DNA of 63,781 bases, filler included, from Octopus bimaculoides (taxonomy: Eukaryota): NCBI RefSeq assembly GCF_001194135.2. It is 5 parts of 4 records of this genome, joined end to end, with 100 filler letters (N's around TTAATTAATTAA, not from the genome) between each part and the next. Parts side by side here need not be neighbours in the genome. Positions count along the whole stretch, not along the records: positions 1 to 20,498 come from NC_069000.1; 4 more parts are not named here. One strand, 5' to 3'. Positions 1 through 12,756 of the stretch are shown here, in pieces. Under the pieces are notes generated by a model. The model saw only the letters and a list, made by a program, of their open reading frames with translations, did no database searches and had not been told where the DNA came from. Each line of letters begins with the position of its first letter. Positions within the stretch are counted from its first letter, which is position 1. A program made the translations under genes and the position numbers.

Positions 1-2710
1 CAAATAAAATATTTATTACTTGTTACTTCTATTAAAAATTAAAAAATAACTCCATTAAAATATTTTTTGCACTTTAAAAAAATAATTTTTTTGATTATTA
101 ATAAATAATCAGCTATATTAATTAATAATTAGCAATATAGCTTTAGCTATATTGCTACTTCTGGCTCTAATTTTTAAAGCATTCTAGTGTGTCAATATTT
201 TAACAAAATGATGGTACCTTTTTTTTAAATTATAATGTTACTTTGTAAATTAAAATCAAATAATTTTTAATATTCAAATTTTATCCTTGGCTGCAATATT
301 TTAAGTAAACATTTCCTTGTTCTGTACTATACCAGATGTAATAAATTGACTTGAACTTTTCCAAGTGTAATAACTTGTCCTGTAATTTTCCAGGTTTATG
401 ATCTTAAGAATACTTTATATTTTGCTCGCATTTTTTCATGTAATCAATGTTTTTCTCAGGCTATGCTTTTAAGCTAATTAATAATGTGTCAAATGTGTCA
501 ATTAGTGGTGTCGTTGATAATTTTTTCGTTACCTCAATGATGCCAGTGACATATATTAAAAGTCCCCTTATAGAATTGTATTCATAAAATAGTATAGAAC
601 TATATTATCACTCTCAAATTTGAGAAACAAACACTCATAACTGTTTTCTTTTAAAACTTCATTGCATGAGATTGATACCATGAAATTCCCCAAATTGAGC
701 TCTATCAATTAAGCTTAATTAAAATATTGCTTGTTTTTAAAATAAGAAAATTAATTATATTTAAATCCAATTTTTCGCCTTATTTTTTTTCATGATATTT
801 TACCTCACAGCTTTTTTGATACAAGTTTTTGTTGAATGGGAACAAAACTATGAAATTCTTCACGCTTTCTTCTATCATTGAAGCTCAGATAAATATATTT
901 TGCTTTTAAAATAAAAAAAATAAGTTGTTTAGATCTAAACTTGATTGGTGGCGTTACTTACTCTCCAATAATGTCGCTACAAATTTTGATATAAACTTTT
1001 TTCTACTGGATCAAATCTCAATTTGTTTATGCCAAAATATAGCTAGGGACCAGTCCTTTTCAAAAGTGTTAACAGTTTTCGGTTTGGTTAGGAACCGAAT
1101 TAGCAACAAGCTCTGAAAAATGCTGCATGTAAGTAAATTGCGGCCTTAAGAATATTATTCAACTACTTCTGTAGTTGAATGATATTCTTTTATTCTTTTA
1201 TTCTTTTACAAGTTTCAGTCATTTGACTGCGGCCATGCTGGAGCACCACCTTAAAGGGATTTTTATCGAAGATATCGACCCCCAGGTCTTATTCCTTGTA
1301 AGTCTCGTACTTATTCTATCAGCCTCTTTTGTAGAACCGCTAAGTTACGGCCCGAGTATTAATTCATTAGAAACTAGTATTGAAGATATTTTCTCCTTGA
1401 AATTCTTTAATCATAAAGTAATCTTAAAATTTTGTAGAAAACGAAATGTCGAGAGGTAAAATATTTACGGAAATAAAATCATTGTTATAATGTTCAGAAA
1501 CTGGAGTTTCCACAGGAAATGCTTATGTTGAAATATTGAAACAGTAATACATGCAGTAACAAATAATACTGATAGTCATGGTGGCCTCAGTTTATCTGAA
1601 CCCATCATAGTATTGATAGTTTTGAATATATCTGTGATTCGGAATACTCGTTGTTTTTACTTTTACCATCAGCGATATAAAAATGGAGATTATGATAGAT
1701 TCCAAAACTTGAGCAAAATACATAAAATTGATCATTAGCAAAGTAGTATTCTTGAAGATGCTGTCCAATATCTGTTGTTTAGAGTTGAGATTTATAGATC
1801 GACGTAGCAAAACTTAAGTATTCTGGAAACTGAAGTCTCCTTAGTCAAAAGAGTATAACTGTTGGTGTGACTGGATTTTAGTTCTAATTGCATTCTCGCA
1901 TTTGATGCACACGATGCAAGTAGCAGCCTCAATAACACGCGTCTCAAGCTTCTTAATAACTTATTTTGTATCGTTGTATAAGGCCGCAATTTACTCACAC
2001 GCAGCATCTTTCAGAGCTTGTCGCTAATTCAGATCTTAACCGAACTGAAAACTGTTGACACTGTGTTTATCTAAATTTCGTTGCCGCACTAATGGTGACA
2101 CGGTGTCATGCATACTGGAACCTGAAGATTCTAATGTACTTTAGAATTCTGAAGAATTGTGAAATATTTCATCTCGACCCTCAAGAGTGCCTATTGATTA
2201 GTAGATAAGATTATTTCTTGAAAACTACTTCAACAGATGCCAGTTGCTGTTGGTTCGAACATGCTTTTTGCACAGTCACCTTTCTGTTAATGCTGTTGCA
2301 GGTTGAACAACATCTTTGTTATTAGTTCCTCTCCTGTTTGCCATAACCATTGCATTTCTAAGAGCTGGACTTATGGTAATATTACTGCTGGAAGGAATTT
2401 ATCTCTCTGCAAATTGCAACGACATTCTCGGCAAAAAAACTAAGTAGATGATCTTCAAAAATATTTTACTCAAATGTTCGCAGACAGTTTGAAGATGTTA
2501 ACTTTTGTCCAAAGCGATTATAATTTAAAGCATGCCCGGATTTCATCAGCTTTAAATAAGCAAGGACACTGGTCCTGACAATGACCATTTAAGTGTTGCA
2601 TTCTTGAACTTGCACCTATTCTCACCATGTTTTTTAATCGAAGAATTTGCCTTTCTTTGGAATGAAACACACTGAGGAGCGCTTCCAAATGTCAGAGTAT
2701 ATCCACGTAG

Positions 2711-2711
<1 letters not shown>

Positions 2712-2741
<30 letters not shown>

Positions 2742-3042
2742 TGTATGTATGTATGTATGTATGTATATATGTATGTATGTATGTATGCATGCATGTATGT
2801 ACGTATGTACTTATGTATGTACGTGAGTATTTAGGTAAGTGTGTAGACGTGTCTGTGTGTGTGTACACACACACTGACACGTCTACACACCTAAATACTC
2901 ACGTAGATACATAAGTACATACGTACATACATACATGCATACATACATACGTACATGCGTATAGGCATGCACACATGCATACGCATGTACACACATGCAT
3001 ACACACATACATGTACACAAACATACATACATACGTACATAC
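2712..3042. repeat. Compound (TGTA)n/(TACA)n microsatellite
   Basis: Read directly; polarity switches near 2880. Confidence 0.9.
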
Positions 3043-3869
3043 NNNNNNNNNNNNNNNNNNNNNNNNNNNNNNNNNNNNNNNNNNNNNNNNNNNNNNNNNN
3101 NNNNNNNNNNNNNNNNNNNNNNNNNNNNNNNNNNNNNNNNNNNNNNNNNNNNNNNNNNNNNNNNNNNNNNNNNNNNNNNNNNNNNNNNNNNNNNNNNNNN
3201 NNNNNNNNNNNNNNNNNNNNNNNNNNNNNNNNNNNNNNNNNNNNNNNNNNNNNNNNNNNNNNNNNNNNNNNNNNNNNNNNNNNNNNNNNNNNNNNNNNNN
3301 NNNNNNNNNNNNNNNNNNNNNNNNNNNNNNNNNNNNNNNNNNNNNNNNNNNNNNNNNNNNNNNNNNNNNNNNNNNNNNNNNNNNNNNNNNNNNNNNNNNN
3401 NNNNNNNNNNNNNNNNNNNNNNNNNNNNNNNNNNNNNNNNNNNNNNNNNNNNNNNNNNNNNNNNNNNNNNNNNNNNNNNNNNNNNNNNNNNNNNNNNNNN
3501 NNNNNNNNNNNTGCAGGAATCAGACGCATTCTTGCCTGTCTCCTGTTCATGCTTGTTCCTTCGCGTTCGCCACCTCACCTCGTTTAAGCTTAGCAACCCT
3601 TCTTGTTTGTTTTCACTGTCCTGTTTTTGTTACCAGTTTTGACCCTCCGCAAAATCCCAAATTTTATTTTATTTGCTTTGCGGGAGCAACTGTTTTATTG
3701 AAGGTGTATCTTGTCGTGAATTGCTCGAAATACGGATTAGAAAAAACATCCGACAACTGATAGTATTCTTAAGATAATAAACCTGGAAAATTACAGGACA
3801 AGTTATTACATACATACATAATACATACATACATACATACATACACACATACATACATATCTACGTGGA

Positions 3870-4147
3870 TATACTCTGACATTTGGAAGCACTCCTCAGT
3901 GTGTTCCATTCCCAAGAAAGGCAAATTCTTCGACCCAACCAACTATCACCATGTTTCTCTCACTTCTGCCATTCCTAAGGGGATGGAGACAACCATTAAC
4001 AAAGGCATTCTTCACCATCTTGTCAATGACAAGTATGGTTTGTACAGATTTGGAAATCTACTCTCTTAAGGCGATCACCAGCGGGCTGTCGATTTAGGGA
4101 AGTTCGGTGACAGTAATGTTGTTGTTCTAGACATCTGCAAAGTCTAT
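3870..4147 (+). mobile_element. Jockey/CR1-type LINE RT fragment
   Basis: DIWKHSSVCSIPKKGKFFDPTNYHHVSLTSAIPKGMET...GDSNVVVLDICKVY resembles the WK..V.P.PKKG....NYRP.SLTS / ALD.SKAFD RT region. Confidence 0.7.
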
Positions 4148-4483
4148 ATGCAAAACTTCTGTCAAAGCTATGTGCAAAATTTCTCACTCCATCCATCTCT
4201 TATCTCTTGGATTGGAGGCTCCTTTTAGTTCGTACCTATTCAAAGTTCCTGTATATAAAGACAAAGTGTTTACATCTGTGTATATCATGATGTTGGCTAA
4301 AATGCTTTTTTATTTCAATACTATACTCTGGTACAGTATCGTATTGATATAAAATCCTATTAATATACCAGTTCGTTATTAATTTTTCTTTTATTATCTT
4401 TACAAATAAAAACTGTAATCTAAATGTTTAGCAAATGAACAATTGGTCTAATTGTTCACTATCTTTTTTTAATTTTTTTTGTT

Positions 4484-4887
4484 TTCCTTGTTTCAGTCAT
4501 TAAATTGCGGCCATGCTGTGGCACCGCCTTGAAGAATTTTAGTTGAATGAATCGACCTCAGTATTTAATATATATTTTTGTAAAGCCTGGTACTTATTTT
4601 ATCGGGCTCTTTTGCAGAACTGCTAAATTAGGGGTAGCTAAACACACCAACACCGGTTGTCAAGCGGTGGTAGGGGACAAACGCATATGCGAAGACACAC
4701 ACACACACACACAAGCACACACACACGACGGACTTCTTTCTGTTTCCGACTATCAAATTCACTCACAAGGCTTTGGTCAGCCTGCAGCTATGTTAGAAAA
4801 CACTTCCTCAAGGTACCACGCAGTGGAACTGAACCAGCAACCATGTGGCTGAGAAGCAAACTTCTGACTACACTGCCACGCCTTCAC
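4484..4887 (-). mobile_element. Full-length tRNA-derived SINE family 2 with internal (TG)n microsatellite
   Basis: tRNA-like head, accaaagccttgtgagtg body, internal repeat and gactgaaacaag tail. Partial copies at about 1189-1350(-), 8750-8950(+), 21100-21290(-), 21945-22075(-), 34080-34245(-), 54030-54128(+). Confidence 0.88.
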
Positions 4888-5008
4888 CTATGTTCATATA
4901 AAGAGAATATCGTTGATTAATTTGAGTATAATCTCGGTTAGGATTATTCGTTTCAAGAGAAGACAAACAATACTCTTTACATAATTATTTTAATAATGGT
5001 TACTAAAT

Positions 5009-5224
5009 ATGGAGGCGAGCTGGGAGGAACGTTAGCACGTCGGGCGAAATGCTTAGCGGTATTTCGTCTGCCTTTACGTTCTGGGTTCAAATTCCGCGGA
5101 GGTCGACTTTGTCTTTCATTCTTTCGGGGTCGATAAATTAAGTACCAGTTGCGTACTGGGGTCGATCTAATCGACTGGCCCCCTTCCCCCCAAAATTTCA
5201 GGCCTTGTGCCTACAGTAGAAAAG
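5009..5224 (+). mobile_element. Full-length tRNA-derived SINE family 1, tail type A
   Basis: ggcgagctgg head, GTTCAAATTCC B box, gtcgac core; perfect 17-bp TSD aataatggttactaaat at 4992-5008 and 5225-5241. Confidence 0.93.
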
Positions 5225-5241
5225 AATAATGGTTACTAAAT

Positions 5242-5365
5242 GAATTGCTGAGAGGATTCGTCAAGCCAAGTTAGGATTCTTCAAGCCGAGCGAACCTGCA
5301 GAAGACCTAGGGGTAAACCAAGAACGAGATGGTTGGGTAATATCCGCAGAGTTAATCGGCCACGC
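5242..5365 (+). mobile_element. Short LINE 3' coding remnant
   Basis: RPRGKPRTRWLGNIRR motif typical of RTE-like ORF C-termini. Confidence 0.45.
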
Positions 5366-5980
5366 TTTAAACTTCAGCCAGAAAGTGCAATGATGGTTTC
5401 TTCTGGTAGGACCCAATGGAAGAGATGCCTGAGAGCTCTACTCTCAAGACCCTCCCAGGAATAATGGACGGAGGAAATGGTTGGAGGGATGAATATAGAA
5501 GTGGATAAATAACTGTTAACTCTGTACTCTGATACTTTATTTACCGACCTCGAAAAGTAGTTAACCACTGCAGTATTTGAACTTATCGATTAGAAAGGCA
5601 GAACAAATATCGCAAGCCATTCTGTCCGTCACTCTAACGACTCTGCCGTTTCTCCGCTTAGCCACCGTATGTTCTCACGACGTTTAAATTGATTGTTTAT
5701 TAAATACTGTTTGCAAGTCAACTTTGTTAGCGCAATAAGCTGCAATGTTTGTTCCTTAACACAGTATGTTTATAACGTCAACAAAGCAAATTGTAAAAGG
5801 AATTGATCACTAAACAAGCACAATAACTATGATAATTAATTTACTAATAACTTGTTATAACTAGATTCAGATCGTGCTTTAATTACTCAACAAAGCTTTC
5901 CTTAATTGCTCACACAGAGACTACATCAGAGCGAATCGAATAATTAATAATAATAATAGTAATAATAATAATGATGATGA

Positions 5981-6011
<31 letters not shown>

Positions 6012-6314
6012 AATGATGAAGATGATGACGATGGTGATTATGACGAGGAAGATGATGATGATGATGATTAATAATCTGTTTAATTAATACCCAACTAACA
6101 CATTAACAGAAGCTGTTGTAATTAGTGTGCTTCAATGAGAGGAGCAATTAACAAGAAAACGGCTGAAATGGTCTACATTATTTTCTCTATCAGGCCCAAT
6201 AGAACCGTTTACAGAATGATAATCACCGTCGCCACCACCATCTCCTTTTAGGAGGTGGTGGTGGTGGTAGCAGTGATTAACATTCTATAAACGGCGGCCT
6301 TTTAAACACTACAC

Positions 6315-7345
6315 ACTCACATACAACGATGCGTACCTCAAAGATCTTTGAACTGCTTGGCCATCAGTTCGGCCTTGATGTTGCAGGCAGTGCGGTTGGC
6401 GTCTTTCATAGTAATCCATGGGGTAACAATCGAGGGAATTTAGGGGGCCAGAAATTGGGGGTGACGAAGTCGAAGAAATTCACCGACGACTACATCTGAT
6501 TCTTTCCGGAGATATGACACGGAGCCGAATCCTGTAGTCACACACGTGACCTTCCAGCAGCAACCCTCTCCAGCCAATGTTTGACATCAGTCTCCAACAG
6601 CTTCACATAGTCGTCTGAATTGAGCCTAAAGCCCTGTTCGAAATTGTGGAGTGATTTGACGCCACCTTCAGTGGATCCACAACCAAAGACCATCACAGTT
6701 TGGGAGAACATGGTTTAAACGATACGTTGGACATCGCATGAGTTGTAGAAAAGCCACCTGTTGTTTTGGATGCTGTGCACTGGTCCTGGCAGAAGTTCTT
6801 TTCATCTGAGAAGAACCAGTTCTTCCTCACCTCAACAGGATGGATGCCTTAGTTTGTCCAGGAGTTTCTTTGCCTTTGCCAAGCGGTTCTCCTTGACCTT
6901 GACCTTGGCTCTCGGAATATTCCCTTGTGCATCTTGTACGAGTTGTAGTGAAGGTTCTCATTCAAGGCCAGTTTCATGGTGGTGACTCCAGCACCCATCT
7001 CTCTTTCCAAAGCCTAGATTCACTTCCTTGGATTTTCCATTACTTTGTCCTGTAGTTATTGGATGAATTCCGACGTACGAATGCAGTCAGGGGTCCTGCT
7101 ATGTCTCTTCTTACAGCCCTTACAGTATTTCCAGAGCACAGAAAAACAGTCATGATGTCGGCACTTTGACACCCGGCATGAATCATCATGACACAGGTAC
7201 CTATTTTCCAATATTCACTTAATTGTTTTGTCAACTACAACTTTAATCTTTATGCATTCCAACGCCGTTGGCCGTTCACCAATACATCAGGCTGTTCCTG
7301 AAAAAGGGAGATATAAAAATCGTCAAATTTAGCCTGAACACTCTG
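6315..7345 (-). mobile_element. Degenerate Tc1/mariner transposon, DD37D (maT-like)
   Basis: WFFSDEKNFCQDQ (D at 6804-6806), TVMVFGC, QDSAPCH (D at 6529-6531), FWPP.NSLDCYPMDY (D at 6414-6416); 37 residues between D2 and D3 after correcting a 1-nt insertion; one TIR-like end TA-CAGAGTGTTCAGGCTAAATTTGACG at 7345. Confidence 0.88.
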
Positions 7346-7534
7346 TATGTATACACACACATTCATGCACACAAACACACACGCCTCACCCACACGTACA
7401 GAGAAAGGTATACATGTTTTTGTATGTGCTGTGTTATGTTGTAACTTAACAAGCTGTCTGTATCTAGCTTCGTAACTGTTTTATTTCCATGAAGTTTAGT
7501 GCAGCATAACTATATAAATAAATAAATGACTATA

Positions 7535-7565
<31 letters not shown>

Positions 7566-7707
7566 ATGAATAAATAAATTTGCTTATTAACTTAGTTGTG
7601 TATAATTTCTAGTCTATCGTATTTCTTTCCTTAGATCTACAATCAGCTGACTTAAGTGTGACTTATCTCCCCTATATCACCTTGTTCCAGTCAAGGGATC
7701 GATATTA

Positions 7708-7925
7708 ATTTCAAATTTTGGCACAAGGCCGGCAATTTTGGGGAAGGGGCTAAGTCGATTACATCAACCCACAGTGACGAACTGGTACTTATTTTATCGA
7801 TCCTCGAAAGGATGAAAAGTAAAGTCGACCTCGGCGGAATTTGAACTCAGAACGTAAAGGCGGACGAAATGCCGCTAAGCATTTTGTCCAGCATATTAAC
7901 GGTTCTGCCAGTTCGCAGCTTTATC
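7708..7925 (-). mobile_element. SINE family 1 copy
   Basis: Homologous to 5009-5224; 17-bp TSD with one mismatch at 7691-7707 and 7926-7942. Confidence 0.9.
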
Positions 7926-7952
7926 TCAAGGAATCGATATTACAAAGATTTA

Positions 7953-8127
7953 GGCGGCAGGCTGGCTTAATCGTTACCGCGCTGGGCAAAATGCTTAGCG
8001 GCGTTTCTCTCGGCTCTGCGTTCAAATGTCGCCGAGGTCGACTTTGTCTTTTAACCTTTCGGGGTTGACAAAATAAACCACCAGTTGTGCACTGAGGTCA
8101 ATACAATCGGCTCCTCCTCTCATAATT
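7953..8127 (+). mobile_element. SINE family 1 copy, head-to-head with the previous one
   Basis: ggcggcaggctggc head and gccgaggtcgactttg core. Confidence 0.85.
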
Positions 8128-8720
8128 CCTCTACTCGTTCTAAAACTGGAAAGGTTATTACATACANNNNNNNNNNNNNNNNNNNNNNNNNNNNNNNNNN
8201 NNNNNNNNNNNNNNNNNNNNNNNNNNNNNNNNNNNNNNNNNNNNNNNNNNNNNNNNNNNNNNNNNNNNNNNNNNNNNNNNNNNNNNNNNNNNNNNNNNNN
8301 NNNNNNNNNNNNNNNNNNNNNNNNNNNNNNNNNNNNNNNNNNNNNNNNNNNNNNNNNNNNNNNNNNNNNNNNNNNNNNNNNNNNNNNNNNNNNNNNNNNN
8401 NNNNNNNNNNNNNNNNNNNNNNNNNNNNNNNNNNNNNNNNNNNNNNNNNNNNNNNNNNNNNNNNNNNNNNNNNNNNNNNNNNNNNNNNNNNNNNNNNNNN
8501 NNNNNNNNNNNNNNNNNNNNNNNNNNNNNNNNNNNNNNNNNNNNNNNNNNNNNNNNNNNNNNNNNNNNNNNNNNNNNNNNNNNNNNNNNNNNNNNNNNNN
8601 NNNNNNNNNNNNNNNNNNNNATATATATCTATATATTCACATACATACGTATACATACATACAGACGTACATACATACATAATACATACATATATATTAA
8701 TATATGTGTATACACATACT

Positions 8721-8756
<36 letters not shown>

Positions 8757-8974
8757 CGTGTCTTTGTGTCTGTGTTTGTCCCCCATCACCACTTGACAAC
8801 CGGTGTTGGTGTGTTTACGTCTCCGTAACTTAGCGGCTCGGCAAAAGAGCCTGACAGAATAAATACCAAGCTTTACAAAAAAAATATCAAGTACTGTGGT
8901 CGATTCAAGCATGGTCACAATTTAATGATTGAAATAACCCAAAAATAAAAGATAATATATATATATACTCTCTT

Positions 8975-9516
8975 TTACCCTTTTACTTGTTTCAGTCATT
9001 TGACTGCGGCTATGCTGGAGCACCGTCTTCGGTCGAGAAANNNNNNNNNNNNNNNNNNNNNNNNNNNNNNNNNNNNNNNNNNNNNNNNNNNNNNNNNNNN
9101 NNNNNNNNNNNNNNNNNNNNNNNNNNNNNNNNNNNNNNNNNNNNNNNNNNNNNNNNNNNNNNNNNNNNNNNNNNNNNNNNNNNNNNNNNNNNNNNNNNNN
9201 NNNNNNNNNNNNNNNNNNNNNNNNNNNNNNNNNNNNNNNNNNNNNNNNNNNNNNNNNNNNNNNNNNNNNNNNNNNNNNNNNNNNNNNNNNNNNNNNNNNN
9301 NNNNNNNNNNNNNNNNNNNNNNNNNNNNNNNNNNNNNNNNNNNNNNNNNNNNNNNNNNNNNNNNNNNNNNNNNNNNNNNNNNNNNNNNNNACTCACAAGG
9401 CTTTGGTCGGATCGAGGCTATAGTAGAAGACACTTGCCCAAGGTGCTACGCAGTGGGAATGAACACGGAGCCATGTGGTTGGTAAGCAAGCTACTTACCA
9501 CACAGCCACTCCTGCG
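8975..9516 (-). mobile_element. SINE family 2 copy spanning an N gap
   Basis: Tail at 8975-9040 and head at 9391-9516 (A box tggctgtgtgg) in consistent orientation. Confidence 0.8.
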
Positions 9517-10332
9517 CCTGTATATATATATATATATATATATTAGCGCGTGGGTACACGCACACACATAAATGGAAGTCGACTCGTAACCGAGTAAGAC
9601 TGCTTCTTAGAGCCATTTCATTCTAAGAAACATCTCAAGTTTGGTTTTCTCGTCGCTGGATGACGTCTCACATGATTCTTAAGGCCTGCAAGGTGTACAA
9701 ATACATGGGTACGTTCTAGCATGGTCTTTCTTAAGAAGGTTCTTTTTCTTTTATGTTATCTCCTTATTAATTCTCCATATTTAGTTAATAAGAATAACAT
9801 TTCGCTGCTGACGTTTCCAGAAAGCCTTGAAACGTCAAAGACCGCTGGATTTAGCAATGTTATTGTCACTAACTAAACTAAAAAAAAAAATTAATAAGAA
9901 ACTGTGAAAGACTCCCATTAAGAAAGATTGAGCTGGAATACTGTCAAGCTTTTAATATATTATTTTCTGAAAGGCAACTTTTCCCTTTCTACGCCCATAT
10001 AATACGCACACAAACATACGTATGAAGACAAGTCTTTTTTATGAAGTTGCTCAAATACAAATTTAGTAGCAGCTTGTAATGTATGGGCTAAAGACACCTT
10101 AGACAGAAAAAAGGTGGACAATGTCATACATGGGATTCGAATCTCGCATTTGTTACATGTAGTGATATTACTACACCCGCCTGACGGTTTTAGCTGTGAT
10201 TTAGAAGTGTATTTGTTGTAAATGTTACTTTGAAGCTTTCATAAATTTGAATATAAGTATTTTTATGAAGACGCTCAAATGCATATATACATTCATATAC
10301 TTATACTTATACTTATACATACATACATACAT

Positions 10333-10431
10333 AAAAACTATCCAGATGTTTAACATTCAAATATATATGAGCATGTCTACATTTGCAACTATAAGCATGA
10401 GAATAATACATAAAACATACAAATATGCACC
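10333..10431 (+). mobile_element. Third fragment (last codons + 3' UTR) of the RLE retrotransposon
   Basis: aaaactatccagatgtttaacattcaaatatatatgagcatgtct...gagaat..cataaaacatacaaatatgcac matches 28976-29072; (TACA)n on both sides. Confidence 0.8.
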
Positions 10432-10458
10432 TACATACATACATACATACATACATAC

Positions 10459-10489
<31 letters not shown>

Positions 10490-10514
10490 CATACATACAT
10501 ACATACATACATAC

Positions 10515-10545
<31 letters not shown>

Positions 10546-11648
10546 CATACATACATACATACATACTTACATACATACATACATACATACATANNNNNNN
10601 NNNNNNNNNNNNNNNNNNNNNNNNNNNNNNNNNNNNNNNNNNNNNNNNNNNNNNNNNNNNNNNNNNNNNNNNNNNNNNNNNNNNNNNNNNNNNNNNNNNN
10701 NNNNNNNNNNNNNNNNNNNNNNNNNNNNNNNNNNNNNNNNNNNNNNNNNNNNNNNNNNNNNNNNNNNNNNNNNNNNNNNNNNNNNNNNNNNNNNNNNNNN
10801 NNNNNNNNNNNNNNNNNNNNNNNNNNNNNNNNNNNNNNNNNNNNNNNNNNNNNNNNNNNNNNNNNNNNNNNNNNNNNNNNNNNNNNNNNNNNNNNNNNNN
10901 NNNNNNNNNNNNNNNNNNNNNNNNNNNNNNNNNNNNNNNNNNNNNNNNNNNNNNNNNNNNNNNNNNNNNNNNNNNNNNNNNNNNNNNNNNNNNNNNNNNN
11001 NNNNNNNNNNNNNNNNNNNNNNNNNNNNNNNNNNNNNNNNNNNNNNNNNNNNNNNNNNNNNNNNNNNNNNNNNNNNNNNNNNNNNNNNNNNNNNNNNNNN
11101 NNNNNNNNNNNNNNNNNNNNNNNNNNNNNNNNNNNNNNNNNNNNNNNNNNNNNNNNNNNNNNNNNNNNNNNNNNNNNNNNNNNNNNNNNNNNNNNNNNNN
11201 NNNNNNNNNNNNNNNNNNNNNNNNNNNNNNNNNNNNNNNNNNNNNNNNNNNNNNNNNNNNNNNNNNNNNNNNNNNNNNNNNNNNNNNNNNNNNNNNNNNN
11301 NNNNNNNNNNNNNNNNNNNNNNNNNNNNNNNNNNNNNNNNNNNNNNNNNNNNNNNNNNNNNNNNNNNNNNNNNNNNNNNNNNNNNNNNNNNNNNNNNNNN
11401 NNNNNNNNNNNNNNNNNNNNNNNNNNNNNNNNNNNNNNNNNNNNNNNNNNNNNNNNNNATATACTTACATACATATATACTTACATACATACATACATAC
11501 ATACATACTTACATACATACATACATATATACTTACATACATGCATACATACATACATACATACATACATACATACATACTTACATACATACATACATAC
11601 TTACATACATACATATATACTTACATACATACATACATGCATACATAC

Positions 11649-11679
<31 letters not shown>

Positions 11680-11790
11680 CATACATACTTACATACATAC
11701 ATACATACTTACATACATACATGCATACATACTTACGTACGTACATACATACATACGTACTTACAGACATACATACATACATACATACAT
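10432..11790. repeat. (TACA)n array with TACT variants, spanning a gap
   Basis: Read directly on both sides of the 10594-11458 gap. Confidence 0.95.
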
Positions 11791-11985
11791 GGTGGAAAAT
11801 TCTCATCTAAGCATCTGTCCAGTGTAAAACATAGCAGTCTGGATATTTGTTGTTTGGGACCGACAAGAAAACGTATGTACCGTCATAGAGGTCAGCTATT
11901 CTGCTGGTGTGAATATCTCTTAAGAACAGCCGTTTCAAAACCTCCAGCTTCTATATCCAGATGATAAATTTACATTTACACCACT
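11790..11985 (+). mobile_element. Second fragment of the same RLE retrotransposon family
   Basis: WWKILI*ASVQCK... and VVWDRQENVCTVIEVSYSAGVNIS...NLQLLYPDDKFTFTP align by eye to the 28632 ORF; begins directly after a (TACA)n array. Confidence 0.75.
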
Positions 11986-12146
11986 TGGTGGCATTTCGAC
12001 TGTCTGTCCTCACATTCTGAGTTCAAATTCCGCCGAGGTCGACTTTCCCTTTCGTCTTTTCGGGGTCGATGAATAAGTACCAGTTACCCACTGGAGTCGA
12101 GATAATCGACTAGACCACTCCCCTCAAGTTTCAGGCCTTGTACCTA

Positions 12147-12148
<2 letters not shown>
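11985..12148 (+). mobile_element. SINE family 1 copy, 5'-truncated, with (ATT)n tail
   Basis: ttctgagttcaaattccgccgaggtcgac core and ttcaggccttgtacct tail. Confidence 0.85.
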
Positions 12149-12200
<52 letters not shown>

Positions 12201-12719
12201 CATCATCATCATCATCATCATTGTTAGTATTGTTCATTAGATCCTTTTATTTACTGCTTTCTTTTGAAGGTAGTTTATGTCGTGTTTAAATCGTATTCTC
12301 TATTAAAGAAATAGCGGGGGAAGGGTATGTAACTGGATAGAGGTAGATAGAGGGAGGGAGACAGGTGAGAAGAAGAGAGGATGAGATAGAGAGAGAGAAG
12401 AAAGAGAAAAGAGAAAAGGAGTAACGAGGAATGAACAGAAAAAGGGTAAGAGAAAAGATGAGAGTAAAAGGGGGAAAGGGAAAAGGGGAGAAAGATAGAG
12501 GTGGGAAAGAGAAAGGAAGAGAAAGAGAGGAAGTGTGTGAGTGTATGTGAGGAAGAGAGAGAGAGAGAGAGGTGGGGAGGAAGAGAGAGGGAGAGAGAGA
12601 TATATATTTATAAGCAAAAAATATGGAATGTCTGGACAGATACGTAGAATATTGAGGCAACAACAAAACTAGTTAATAAGATAGACAGATAGACAGATAG
12701 ATAGATAGATAGATAGAGA

Positions 12720-12756
<37 letters not shown>

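Noticed and set aside
1500-2500. Protein-like minus-strand ORFs (1592-1810, 1792-2007)
   Set aside because: Possibly decayed transposon coding sequence, but no motif could be recognised, so no call is made.
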